This document shows, piece by piece, positions 1 through 14,561 of a stretch of DNA of 44,111 nucleotides. The translations under genes and the position numbers were made by a program. The DNA lies in assembly GCA_000165425.1 (NCBI GenBank), contig CT868665.1, forward strand, positions 310,001 to 354,111, given 5' to 3'. Origin of the DNA: Paramecium tetraurelia (taxonomy: Eukaryota). Under the pieces are notes generated by a model, which worked only from the letters and a program-made list of their open reading frames with translations, was not told the origin of the DNA and did not search any database. Every line of letters starts with the position of its first letter. Positions within the stretch are counted from its first letter, which is position 1.

Positions 1-1205
1 TCTTCATTTTTTAAATGATGAATCTTCATTCTTTGAGTTGTAGAGTTCAAATATTGAATTGCATCAGGATCACTAATAATTAATTCTATAAGTTCTTCTG
101 GTACTTTTAATTTCCAATTCATTTTAGAATTATTTGAAGGTATTTCCAGATTGCTAAATCCCTGACTCAATTCCATGCGTTCAAATAAAAAGGCCAGTTT
201 TTATAATGGAGTTATCATTTATTATTCTTAAGTGGAATCATCGAAGCTTTGAAGTGTCATCATCGCTAATTTTATAATATAACAACAAAATTAATTAACA
301 TCGAATTTTGACTTTTATTTTTTTTATTAACAAATTTGAGGCAAATTGGGGTCAGCTTAAATGGAATCTAATAGGAGATAAGCAGATCCTTTAGTAATGA
401 ATTGAGGGCCAGATTTCAAAATCTTTTTAAAAATAAAAATAGAGACGATCGGAATCTATTGTTTCAACATCAATTCTTCTTATTAGTCTTTCAAATTGAA
501 ATTCTTTAAATTAAGGAGGGAAAATATTTATTATAAATAAAAGGTAATGGGTTGTATAACAACTTACATTAACTTTAGGCAAATTGGATCAATTTCTTAA
601 GATAATTTTGTCTCCTCATCCCCCAAATCAGTTGATGAGATTATATTCTCATATAATGGAGTCAAATGGTTGTCCATTAATATTTAAAATGAGTTATCCT
701 CTCCATATAGGGTTTCGGATAATAATTCTAAAAAGTAATAGAAGTTTTCAAAATCCATGTTTGGTTTATTTCTATTTGCTTTAACAAATAGTAAATCAAT
801 TTATTACTAATCTTGTTTTTGAAGTCTGATTTGTGAGTCTGACATCAATTTATGTATTTTGTTTGATCTGATATAATCAATATTGGTTCTGTCTCCAAAG
901 GATGCATAAAATTTGAAAATTACACTCAACTTTTTTTTATCATCCACTCTTTTGACTTCAACTACAGGAATCTCTACTTTAGATTTTTGCATTTGAAGTT
1001 TCTGCTAGTATTTTGCTCCATATGAATATAATTGATTTTTTGTTGTTTGGATTGAACAATTTTCTTTGTTATCGATTCTTGAATATGTGGACTCTTCTTT
1101 TTTATTTCTGATTCCACTTCTATTTCTCAATTCAATGCTATCTAATCTTGATTCTAGCTTTTGGAAATCTCTTTATAATGAATAGTTAGAACTTGAGCTT
1201 CTCAT
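1..1205 (-). CDS. Protein with p25alpha/TPPP-like N-terminal domain, 3' end outside window
   Basis: Code-6 ORF from ATG 1205 (MRSSSSNYSL) open to the window edge. Contains IFKFYASFGDRTNIDYIRSNKIHKLMSD...IDLLFVKANRNKPNMDFENFLLLLELL, resembling p25alpha, and later KLAFLFERMELSQGF. Confidence 0.65.
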
Positions 1206-1297
1206 TGGATTATTCAAATTTTATAATTAAAAAAACAAGTTAAATCAAAATATCAAATCAGTTAGAATACAATAACAATACAGAAGTCATATAAATT

Positions 1298-2273
1298 TCA
1301 TTAGTTTCTTCTATTATTCATGGTGTAATTAATTAAGTTAGATTTAGCCTAAATGCCAGGGAATATTGATAAAGCTTATTTTTCAAATAACTTATTTTGG
1401 GCATGTGTAACAATTTGAGGTCCAGCATAAGAAGAATTGTAGGAGGTTTGCATTGTTGATAAATTGATTTTGTTTTATTGTATATTTGTTCTTGTATTAA
1501 TAAATTTAGTAGTGAGCATACAATTTCTATTGTTATTGATGTTTTAGGGAAGAAAATTAGTTTTAGTTTCCTACTTTGAAGCATTTCCTAGAAAGTCATT
1601 GTTTTTAAGAGTTTATCTGAATTCATTTTGAATGATAGCCTCTTATTTCACCTAATTTCCAATTTTTACTTATGGTTCAGATTTTTTGATGTCAAGTGGT
1701 TTTTCTATTTCTTTTTCATTATGATTAACTTGATTATCATCTGATTCTTTTTAGTTAGATTATTTTTCATTTTCTTTAGGTGATCTTAATTGTTTTTCAA
1801 ATAGTTTCAATTATCGTTAAAATCCACTATTTGGACAAATGACAAATCTTTTGCTCTTGACATGAGAGAATGCTTCACTGTATGTCCATCCTTTATTTCT
1901 CATGAGATACGCTATTACTATGGATGCTGACCTCGAAACTCCAGCTGCACAATGAACAAGAACAGATCCAGATTTCAACCCATTTTTAATGTGATAAAAA
2001 GAGTCATCAAAAAACTATGCTACATTTGCCTATTCTGAGTCTAAAATTGAATAGATCTACAATTTAGAGATAGATTACTTTATGATTCATGTTCTAATCA
2101 TTATATTTGATATTAAGTTAGCATGCAACTGTTAACACTGTTCTTATTCCCTTCTTGTCGAGAGTTGGCTTATCTTAGGCAGCTGTGTAATCACCCAGCC
2201 ACAACTGATTCCCATTTTCTTCATGAATTACATTCATGGCTTGATAAGAAGAATGACCCAAATTTCTATACAT
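1298..2273 (-). CDS. Dual-specificity protein phosphatase with low-complexity C-terminal tail
   Basis: LWLGDY, catalytic VLVHCAAGVSRSASIVIAYLM, and ICPNSGFQRQL. 22-nt intron 2057-2078. TGA at 1300-1298. Confidence 0.93.
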
Positions 2274-2354
2274 ATTAAAATTAATTCAATATGGATAAAC
2301 AATATGAAATGTGTTATTTATAATCAATTAAAAATTTCTATAAGAATAATGAAT

Positions 2355-4063
<1,709 letters not shown>

Positions 4064-5072
4064 TCTATGTAAAGACAATTAATAAATATATGATATATTT
4101 AATATACACAATTCTTATTGCTAAGTCTATCAATAAATTGTTCGATGATCAAATCGTTGACATATCCTCCTCAAAATAAATTTAGCAAAAGCAATTTTAT
4201 TTCATTACAAACAATAAGAATTTAAAATGTTGAATTTCTAACTTACCCATATCAATGCATTCTCTTAAATCCTTCCACCACTACAACAAATATTACCCAA
4301 TAATATTATATTCTAAAACAACAGTCTTTTGGATAAATTAATCCTTCATGAAATCACACCAGTGTTATTTGTAATTAATGTGAATTGATTACAGTAATAA
4401 ATATATATTGCTTAGTCTTATTACTTTTATTTTCGACCATCTCATTCCTCATTATTTATTTGCTAAACCGAAACTACATAAAATTGTAAGTAAAATTATT
4501 GATTACTACATCTAAATTTTAAGTAAAAGGAGAAATTACTCATAATAGATTTTCCTCTTAATTTATGTTTTTTCTCTTTTATAAAAAGAGAAACTAAGGC
4601 TGATCATTAAAAATATAGTATTACTCGAAAAGAGTACTTGTTATATATCTATAACATGAAACTAAATAAAAAATCATTTTTATTTTATATTTTATATTCT
4701 ATATTCCACTTCAATTGTTATCAAAATTGTAATATATTTTTTAATATCCAATATGGTTTATAAATTAATCAAATCCTGATGGTTCGACAACTAGAAAAAT
4801 AAATTTTTTCATTAAAAATACAATTATTGTTAAGAATTCTACATTTCCCAATAATAAGCAATGTAATTATAATTGTTCAAATGCAGCCAATTAGAATTTT
4901 AGGAATTTAGAGAATCTTACTTAACTACTTAACTACAATAATTTATGCTTGATATTATTTTGAAGACAAATGCTAAAGTATTAAGTAAAATCGAATCTAG
5001 CCCAAAATAGTAAGTAAAAATAAATTAAAAATAGTTTCGATTAAATAAAATTTGTAAATAAAATACTATTTT

Positions 5073-6815
5073 TCAATCATTTCTAAATAATTTTTCATTA
5101 ATAAATGCTCTCTTAAGGGCCTTTTCTCTTTTTATTTCTTGATCGGTCTTTGTTATTGCCTTGATTTACTAGAGCTTACTTAAAATACAATACTTTTTCT
5201 TGCAAGTCATCGTCATACAATTAAGTGATTGGTGGTAGAAGCTCATGCTAAGATTTACGTTTAACAGAAAGAAATCTCTCTATTTTTTCATGTTAATCAC
5301 CTTAGATGTTATGTGCACTTCTAACAAAATTAACTGGTAAATCCTATGAAATATATCTAATAGCATACAGCACCGTAGTTCTTTTTAATATAAAATTGAG
5401 TGATGTTTTTAGAATCCTTGATAATTTTTCTGATTTGATAAAAGTTCTTTGTTTTTCCATTGAAGGCAGAACCCATTGGACTTTTTTCACTCTCCTCTGA
5501 AATCACAGCCTTAGATATTAAATGTTATTTACTTTACCAGGAGAACCTGCAAATTGGAGACTCTTTCGAGATTCCAATTTTCGAATGGTTTCAGATTCAT
5601 GAAATTGATCTAGATCATTGATTTTGGATTCTGGTTGGCTTATGGCCTTAGTTTAGGCAATGATAGCATTTTATAATTAAGATTAAACCTTCTATCTCTT
5701 AGCTTCTCCTTCATACAATCCTTTTTTCATAGCCTGATTCGAGGCTTGACTCTAAATTCTTGTGATTTCATTATTATGTAGATTGATTTGCTTAAGTAAA
5801 ACATCATAGTCCTTTTTCATTTGTATGATTAATTTATACTCAGTTTCTTATAGTTTACCCTCTAATTATTCCCTTTCTTTCTGTTATTTAAATAACAAAT
5901 CACTGTGTTATTTTTCAATACGATATTTCTATACTTTGTACACTCTATCTTATTCGTGTTTCTCTAAGTCTTTCAATTCTTTTCTAAAGTCTAGTGCTTC
6001 TTCTACTCTTTCCTCCAGACTAACCAACTTCTCTTGAGTTTGTAGATCCTTCAACTTTTTTTTTGGTTTAACTTTCATCAATTCAGTATCTTTGGAGAGT
6101 CGATCCTCCAATATTCCTAACTCTTTTTCTTAAGATATTTTTAATTATGCTCTTAATTAACAATATTAGAGTACCTTCTATCAACTTTATACTTTGTTAG
6201 TTATTAGAATTCTTAATAGTATTTATCATAAAAATCATCCAACTTTTCTTATCCTATTTCCTTGTACACCTATCTTTCTTTGATTGAAATACGTTATCTC
6301 AATTAATTTTGATAAGCTGCTATGTTAGCTTCTAAAGTTCTCAATTCTTTCATCAACTGTTTGAATAATATGTATTCTTGGATTTTCAACAAAGCAGTTG
6401 CTACCTAATGCATTTTTTCTTTGATAGCTGAAAACACTAGAATCTGTTCGTCCTCATTTAAAATTCTAACAGAAATTAAGCAATTCTTACCCATCATTAT
6501 CTTAATCAAAGAGCTCAAAGAAATCTTTTTCATTTTACAGTTTCAGTAATTGTACGATCTCACTTCTACACGCTTCAAATATTCTTTGCGCAATTGTAAA
6601 GTTTAGTTGAGCATCTGTCACAAAATCATTTTTTCTCATTTCTATCCAGATTTTTGCACATTTGTTAGGTGCTGTAATATATAATTCACCTAATACTGGA
6701 TTCTTATGATACCTTCATTTTTAATTTAATTAATAATGTGTCTGGGTAGATTAGATAATGCAGAATAATTGGACTGCTATATTTTAGTGCTGATTGTCAT
6801 TGATTTCGATTCCAT
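5073..6815 (-). CDS. EF-hand and coiled-coil protein
   Basis: ATG 6815. After splicing tiny introns it reads FFELFDQDNDGILNEDEQILVF (EF-hand), followed by long E/K/Q-rich helices. TGA 5075-5073. Confidence 0.75.
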
Positions 6816-7034
6816 TTAATTTATTATTCAATTATATTTATAAATATAATTATTTTCCTACAATTGTTGCATTCACTTCTTTTCAAACCTTCTCATTGAA
6901 GTATAGACACATCGAAGCAGTGTTACATATATTATGATAGTGAGAAATACTTTGATTTTTATGTTTAATAAATAAGGAGTTTAAAGTTGTTATTAATAAT
7001 TTACGATATAATTTATATGAATTATAAGTAAATA

Positions 7035-8246
7035 ATGTTATTATTTTTGCTTTTTATATATGTAAATTCATATTTAGATGCTAATAAAATTAAATACGCT
7101 GTTGATGCAGGCAACTAATTTTATTACAAGGACAGACAAAAAATATTATATCGCTATGATCAAAATTATAAGGGTGGCTAACAATTAATGTTCTATTAAA
7201 AGGTAACCTCAGATTAAAATCATCATTTGATACCTCTTTAATATTTGGATTATTATGTATTCTAAACATCGAGAACAGTATCCAGTGATCAAGATTTTTT
7301 CAAATACTCAATCACCATGAGGTTGAGTGGGAATTACACTTTAATTTTATGTTTCATTGAAGTATAAACTATTTTTATATATTAAATAGTCAGAATAACG
7401 ATCAGCACGCTTTTTCGATATTTATTTGGAGGATGAGCTAATAAAAGAGCAGTTCGATATTTACAAGGAAGCAGGTGGAGTAAATATTCCACTCTATTTT
7501 GCCTTTGAATTCGAATTCGATGGAAAAAACATCACAGCCAATCGCAAGATCATATATCAGATGAGTGACAATAGATTGCACTTCGATCTCATTTTTAAAG
7601 GCAAGGGAGCTTCAGTTAGTGCAATCATTCTGTATTAGGGTAAGATAGAAGATATCTTAATTGATCTGGAGAGTGCATTGCTTTCTAAAGATCAGATCGA
7701 AGCTACCTTTATAAATCAAATCGAATTTGTTAAAGCATTAAAACAGAAAGCAGCTCGTTATGCTCACAAACAAAAAGGAAAGGGTAATGAGAATGTAAAC
7801 ACTTTGATGAATTAATATCTGAGTCCATTTCAAAAATTAATCAATAATTTCGATATTGTAAATAATGTGTATAATGAAATTTCGAATGGTTTGGAACCAT
7901 CTCCTTTAGAGTTATTCTTGGATGCCTTATTGAATGTAAATTACTTATAAATATATGTAGAATATCTTGGTACCTTTGGGAAATGTTTTAATTCAAATCA
8001 TTGATTTCATCTTGGATAATAAAGTTCTCTCTACAATTTTGATAACTAATTTAATATTCTATTATTATTGTTTTGGCAATAATAAAACTCTATTTGCAAA
8101 TGTGCCTGTTGGTTTAGTAACAATTTTAATTAATTATTTAGGTTTTAGATGCTGAGGTTGAGAGTGAAATGGAAATGAATTACATTGCATAATCGCCAAA
8201 ATCACGACATGTTAATGTATTGAAATCAAAAAAAAAGAAGAAATGA
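7035..8246 (+). CDS. Malectin-domain type I membrane protein
   Basis: Signal peptide MLLFLLFIYVNS; YAVDAG, VFQTSR, FKYSI..SGNYTLILCFIE, FFDIYL..EQFDIYKEAGG, SAIILYQG match the malectin pattern. TM segment VLSTILITNLIFYYYCF. Ends KSKKKKK-TGA. Confidence 0.8.
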
Positions 8247-8277
8247 TTTATAAAATATTTTAATCAAATTACAATTA

Positions 8278-9177
8278 ATGAGAAATAACAGCTAGTAAAA
8301 GGAGAGTATTTCATAATTAAAAGAAGTAATTAAATTAGTTCTAATTTGAGACAATTCATAAATTGCAATAGAGGGATGCTTCATAAAGATTGGAAATAGC
8401 GAAATTAAAAAGATTATTATTAGAAAGAAATCAAGAGTATAAGTTAGTATCTGAATAATTGTAAGATTTATAAAGAGTATAACAAAGAGTAATAAAAAAT
8501 AGTATCATTGATAGAATAATCAATACATATTGAAAATCGACAATTATGTCGTCAAATTGAAATAGAAATTGTAAAAAGCAAGCATCAAGATTGAATCACT
8601 AGAATCAAAGTTCTCCTCCTCGAGAGTCAAATAAAATAATATTATTATTGACGAATCTTTTAATGTGAATGACTCCTTTCAAACTGAGCATTCCCCAATT
8701 TCTACTAAGTATCCAATCCTTAAATAAACATCTAATCGTTCTAATTAAGCACATTCTGTTAATAAACCTAAATTAATTTGTAAACCCATAAAAGTCCAAA
8801 TGCCTTATCCTAATAAAAGTTATACCGAAAATTAAGAAATTTTAGAAAATAATTCTCTTATTAAACCATGTCCATTACAGGAATAAATTCTTAACAGAAT
8901 ACTCGATGATGAAGAATTCATGAATAACTTCAGTAATCAGTTTGATTAGATGCAAACAGATTTATTCTCTTATTAGAAAAGCCAGACTCAACCTCTCAGT
9001 TTCTCATGCAACTCAAGATAAAGTAATTTCAGTTTTGTGAATAGCGAAAAAAAGTAAAATTGGAATGATAAACAATACAAATAACCTAATCGACAATGTA
9101 TTTGGATTATTATATTAATTTTAGACCATTCAATATCAATTGAGGAGAAGGAAAATAATAGCAAATATTTTAATTGA
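8278..9177 (+). CDS. Hypothetical coiled-coil protein
   Basis: Code-6 ORF MRNNSQQKESIHNQKK..., one tiny intron near 9098-9123, TGA 9175-9177. Confidence 0.65.
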
Positions 9178-9231
9178 AGAGACTCGTTTGTGAGTATATA
9201 GACTAATTTTAAAACATATCTAAATATTTAA

Positions 9232-10901
9232 TCATTTTTATATATTATTGTCTCTAATTGCAACATTATGAGTATTTTAGAGTTGCCAATTATTAATGTT
9301 ATTTTCGTTAAATATATTGGTTTAATTTTGTTTCGGTGTTAATAATTGAGCATATGCTAAACTTGGAGTAAAGCTATTGTTTCTTGTTGTCATTGAAGTC
9401 GATTAATTTATAGTTCCAATAAGATTTAAGTTTAGAGAAGGAATGGTCTTCTTTACCCTTTCAGTTTTCGGAGCAATATCTTTTTTGTTGGATATTAATT
9501 TTTTCATATCCAATATTTACACTTGTTTCTAATGCTGTTAGGAATTGTTGTTTCTTTGTTAACGTTAATTTTAATCTTGGGATCTTTTTGAATTAGTTTT
9601 ATTCTGGATTTTGTTAAAATTTAATTGTCTAAACGAATCAGGGATTTTGAGTATTTAATAAAGGGCCTTTTGATCCAAAGATAGAATTTAATTATTACTG
9701 TTTTGGGAAGGTACTTATTTTGATTCATGATTTGATAGATTATTGCTTTTGATATTCTTCATTTCTTAGAGACTTTTAATTATTTTCAATTCAAGTTGTT
9801 TGATTTCTTGAATCGCTTTGTTTTGATCAATTTTTTTGGGTGAATTACTTTTTTTATTCTTCTCTTCTAATTTGAATTTTTTACTATTACGGTAAAATAT
9901 ATTTCTTACATGAATTATTCTTTATTTTATTTAAAATCCATAATTTTGTCTCTTGAGATGATTTAAGAGTGTTTATTTTAAAGTTTAGCTTAGACTATAT
10001 ATGGTTTCATAGAATACTTTAATCAATTAGTTTATTGGAATAAGATTATTGATATCGTGCTGATAGCGGCATTTTAGCTTCTTGTGGATTTTAATGAGTT
10101 CTAGCAGACAAAGACAAAGCAAGTTCATCCAATTTTAGTGATTTCTTGCTTTGAGTCTTCTTCTTTTTGAACCATTGGTATTGTTGTTTTTAATTTGGAG
10201 ATTCTGATTTAAGATTAAGTAGGCTGATCATTTATTGTATTTCTCCAATGGGAGGGGATTCGGGGACTTATAAAATGCGACTGATTTCTTGGGAGGGTTG
10301 AGGTTTCTTATTAGAGAAACTGATTTCTTTGAGAATGTTATCGACATTAACTTTGGATTACGGTTCCGAATTCTCAGATTAAGGTGTTGAATCACTTAGT
10401 AAAGGTTTATCGCCTACAATACCTTTGGGTGGATCAGTTGGATTCATTTAATTTTCGATTTCAATTTATCTTTAAATTTTGTAAAATTCAATTTTCCTTC
10501 GCTTATCGTAATAATAATTGAGAATTTTGAGTATAGGCTATTTTAAGACCCATCTTGGCAAATCCTTATGATATTTGTAGAATTCTGTAAGCAATTTTGA
10601 TTTGGAAGGATATTCATGCATTTCATAAAATCTTTTTATATATTCATCCTCTTCATCGTAACATATATAATCCTTGTGATATATTTGAATGTTTTACATT
10701 ATACAGAATGGTTCTGGCAGTAGAAGTTTTGGATAATATTTCATTAATGTCTTTGGTAAAATAATAATTTTATGAAGTCGCGTATTTATGATAGAGAGTG
10801 TGTCTAATCATTTTATGCAAATTGATTTCGCAAGGGAAATAGTTTTTGATATATCCTAGAGTTGTTCTCTTGTAGCAAAATTAGCATGAATAATTAGACA
10901 T
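9232..10901 (-). CDS. Uncharacterised protein with CxFC...EFYKY..PR N-terminal domain and low-complexity tail
   Basis: MSNYSCQFCYKRTTL...SQNYYFTKDINEIL..|DYICYDEEDEYIKRFY..LTEFYKYHKDLPR. 25-nt intron near 10673-10697. Confidence 0.75.
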
Positions 10902-10942
10902 TTTAAAATTAAATATAAATAAATATAATATATTTTCAAACA
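10902..10942. promoter_or_regulatory. Putative 41-bp bidirectional promoter/5'UTR region
   Basis: Divergent ATGs at 10901(-) and 10943(+) separated by almost pure A/T. Confidence 0.5.
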
Positions 10943-11388
10943 ATGTAAACAGTTTGGACCCTAATACATCCAACAAGGATCAGTGTATAGAAGACAATCA
11001 AGAATTTATTGCCATCTGGTTAAGAATTTTTTGGTACTGTAATTAGAGACAGTAGAAACAAATCATGCAGAGTAAATATATCTAATTGAAATTCCTAGGT
11101 AAAAGTAAGCTACAAATATTGGCATAAAAAATATAAGTCATACTTTGGTGATACATCTGAATTCATAGCACATGATGAAGACAATTTTTGTAAGGTAGGC
11201 GATAAGGTAGTCATCAAACATTGTTAAAAAACAGGTGGCAAGTATTACTATGTGAGAAATGTGGTCATTCCAGTGGGCAGGAATCCATCTGATGAGTAAG
11301 ACGAAGTTATGAAAGAGCTCTAGTAATATTTGTTGCTTATAATTAAATTAGAAATATAAGAACACAATTGGTTCAATAAGGCTTGTGA
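10943..11388 (+). CDS. MRPS17: Mitochondrial ribosomal protein uS17-like
   Basis: FFGTVIRD..|VKVSYKYWHKKYKSY....FIAHDEDNFCKVGDKVVIK is the S17 signature. Introns 11072-11098 and ~11323-11351. Confidence 0.85.
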
Positions 11389-12133
11389 TTTATTATTCAT
11401 ACATAAAATATTTACAAATAATTATAAAATACTCTTTAATTTAACTCTTTAGTTTTAAATGCTTCATACGCCAAATTCTTAAAAGCATTTAGCATTTCAT
11501 TATTGTATATTTAAGTAACTAGAAATCCCTGAATATTAGAAATACTAATTGCTATTAAAGGAGATTGATTACAATAATTCTTAAGCAAATATGAGTATAT
11601 TCAGAGATAATATTTAAATACTTCAAATAATATATATTACAACTGATTCCCTTTCTGAATTTCAGAAGGTACCAAAAATTTACATACCCCAAGATTTCTC
11701 AATATAACCATATTTATTACATTTACAGATAATTGTGTTGAGTCTATCTTTTACAACGTAGAAATGACTATAAGATTACTAATTATGAAACAAATAGAGT
11801 TTGAGTTTCGATGGTCATTAATTTATTATTTTATTTTAGGTTATTTAAATTATCATTTTATATAAACTCAAATCTGCTATTCTTATTAAATTATTTAGAT
11901 ATGGAATTTTGTAGGTACTTACAAATTTAGGGCTGTAATAAAAGCTGAATAAGGGAAACAAATTACATATTAAGCTTTTTATAATTTAATTAGATTAATA
12001 AACTTGATCTGAAATAAATAGTAAATTAGGTTGGGACAGAAATAAAACAGGAAATTATAAATTAAATTACCCGGCAAATCTGGAGTTTTTAATATTTCCC
12101 TCTATAATTTATTTAAATAATTAAAAAGATTAG

Positions 12134-12995
12134 ATGTTCGAAGCCAAGTTTGAAGATGGTGTCTTATTTAAAAAGATTGTGGAAGCAATTAAGGAATTGG
12201 TAAAAAATGTAAATCTTGAAGCCAATGGAACTGGAATTTCATTATAAGTATCATTATGATTCATTTCAATTTAAGGCTATGGATACATCTCATGTAGCTT
12301 TGGTTGCATTATAATTGAATGAGAAGGGCTTCAAAAAATACAGATGTGAGAAATCACTCACTATGGGTTTGAGTATTGAGAATTTATAAAAAATTTTGAA
12401 GTGTTCTGGAAATGATGATTAGATTACTCTTAGAACTCAAGAGGAAGAACCAACAACATTATCATTCACTTTCGAATCCAAAAGTATGTTTTTAATAAAA
12501 ATGAAATTAGACCGAATAAGTGAGTTCCAATTGAATTTAATGTCTTTGGATTAAGAACAATTAGGTGTTCCAGACACCGATTATTCTTCAGTAATCAAAA
12601 TGCCATCGAATGAATTCACAAAAATCTGCAGAGAGTTAGGCAACATAAACGAGGCAATCGGTATTGAAACATCCAAAGATGGAATCAAATTCTATGTGAA
12701 AGGAGACATCGGAGAAGGATAAGTGTCAGTGAAATCAAATGACGGAGAAAAGAAGGAGGAGAGAGTTGAATGTGATGTAGATGAACCTGTGAATCTAAGT
12801 TTTGCTGTTAGGTAAACAATACAATCTATGTCTTATAGATATTTCAATTTGTTCAATAAGGCATCTGCTTTATCACCTTAGGTTATATTGTCCATGTCTC
12901 AAGATTAACCATTAGTGATTGAATACTAAATTGAAAATATGGGATCATTAAAATTGTATTTAGCTCCAAAAATAAATGATGATGAATAATAATGA
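12134..12995 (+). CDS. PCNA: Proliferating cell nuclear antigen
   Basis: MFEAKF..LFKKIVEAIKELV, QAMDTSHVALV, YRCEKSLTMG, LKCSGNDD, LDQEQLGVP, LKLYLAPKI. Introns 12248-12275, 12484-12510, 12812-12838. Confidence 0.98.
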
Positions 12996-13044
12996 ATAAT
13001 TGTTTCTTAAAACATATTTAATTTTATATATTATTTTCTTTTTT

Positions 13045-13770
13045 ATGTAATAATAATAAAAACAAGCAATTCAAGAAAGACGTAGAAGAAGTGGAGCTTT
13101 GCATGCTTAAACCTGTGAAGAATATTTAAAAGTACTAACAACCATAAAATATAATACAGAAATATGATTAAATTGGACAGATTAAAATAAGGGAAAGCTA
13201 AAGAAAAAAAAGCTTGTCGGAATCAGCCTTTCTAAATTTTGATTTCATTCCAGCTGATGAAGGAGTTGAAGACATTACTTAATTGAAGATCTTCATCTAC
13301 TCTCCGAAGGTAAAACTCAATGAATAAGAATTCTTGCAATTATTGAAACGAGTCAGGAATCGCTCAATCACAACTGACAACCTTTCCAAAAAATCCTTTA
13401 CTTTCGACTTTGAGTTCTTCTATAAAGAGTATGAAGTAAATGAAACCCAATTTGGCTTGCATTTTTGGATACAAAACAACATCAAACACTAGCATTCCTA
13501 ATTCTTTCAAGGTAATTAAATTTTATTTACAATTATTTTAGAATGTTATTATAAAGTTTTTAATGCAGCAATTCTCTTGTAGAGAGATACAACTATTGAA
13601 TAATAGATCAAAGATGCCAACCCCAATTGCATGGTTAAGGTCTTCCCCTTAGTAAGAAAATAATATATTTTAGATGGACGAGTTGCTGATTGAATCGTTG
13701 CAATCTATCATTGCTGAAGTAAGATATATAAAAAATATGAAAGATATGCCATAATCACATTAAATCTTGA
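13045..13770 (+). CDS. Hypothetical protein, possibly degenerate small-GTPase-like fold
   Basis: MQQQQKQAIQERRRRSG; four tiny introns. TFDFEFFYKEYEVNETQFGLHFW..CYYKVFNAAIL is reminiscent of the Rab switch region, but there is no P-loop. Confidence 0.6.
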
Positions 13771-14405
13771 TCTATATATAACTTATACAACATCCAACTT
13801 ATTTTTATATTGTCCTTCCATTGTTCACTCATCCTTTAAATTATCTCTACTTCCTTAATTCCTAATCTTCTCTTGTGGTCACCCATCTATCGAACCATGA
13901 ACTCATTCAAAATAAATATAAACAATTTTAAATCCTTCGTTTGTTCAACTTTCTCTAAAAATTCATTTGCCAATCCTAATGAATGGATTATCTTAAATAA
14001 GAATGACAAAATTATTCGATTCTTGTCACCATAATATTCTCGAAAATAATAATCGACAAATTAGAATTTTGAAGTTACCATTAAAACTACACTTGGTGAT
14101 CTATAGGTTCCTAAACCAATAAAATATGTAATCGCATTTATGGCTCTAATTTTCCTGATCTTCACCTCCACATTTTGTTTCTCTAATTCTACTAACTCTT
14201 TATAAAGGATTTCCCCTAAAAATCTTTCACTAGTCAATCTATAAGGGACATTGAGAAATTAATTCAAATATTCTCCTTCTCCTTTAAATTATTCGTAATG
14301 AGCTTTCACATGTTTATGATTCAACAAGAATTTGTATGGGAACAACTTTAATGAATGATATCCCAAATTTTTTAGCCATTTCTTATGAAATATTTCCTGA
14401 GCCAT
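13755..14405 (-). CDS. Hypothetical protein (~216 aa)
   Basis: Uninterrupted code-6 ORF MAQEIFHKKWLKNLG...WMLYKLYIDQDLM-TGA, with ATG and TGA in the same frame. Confidence 0.65.
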
Positions 14406-14561
14406 ATTTTTTATTAAATTTTAGTATAATCAAAATTCATTACATATATATATTCAAACTTTCAATTCACTAACACTCCCATTTTCCATGTTGCTCTCAT
14501 CAAATTCATCATTTCTCTAGATAATCCTACAGTATTCAAATTATTGATATTTATAAATTTA

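Noticed and set aside
6880..6950. Weak hairpin in the divergent intergenic region; also snoRNA-box-like words near 16800-16870 and 19860-19940
   Set aside because: Short AT-rich stems with no complete C/D or H/ACA box pairs.
11459..11766. ~100-codon code-6 ORF between uS17 and PCNA
   Set aside because: No recognisable motif, and with only one stop codon ORFs of this length arise by chance.
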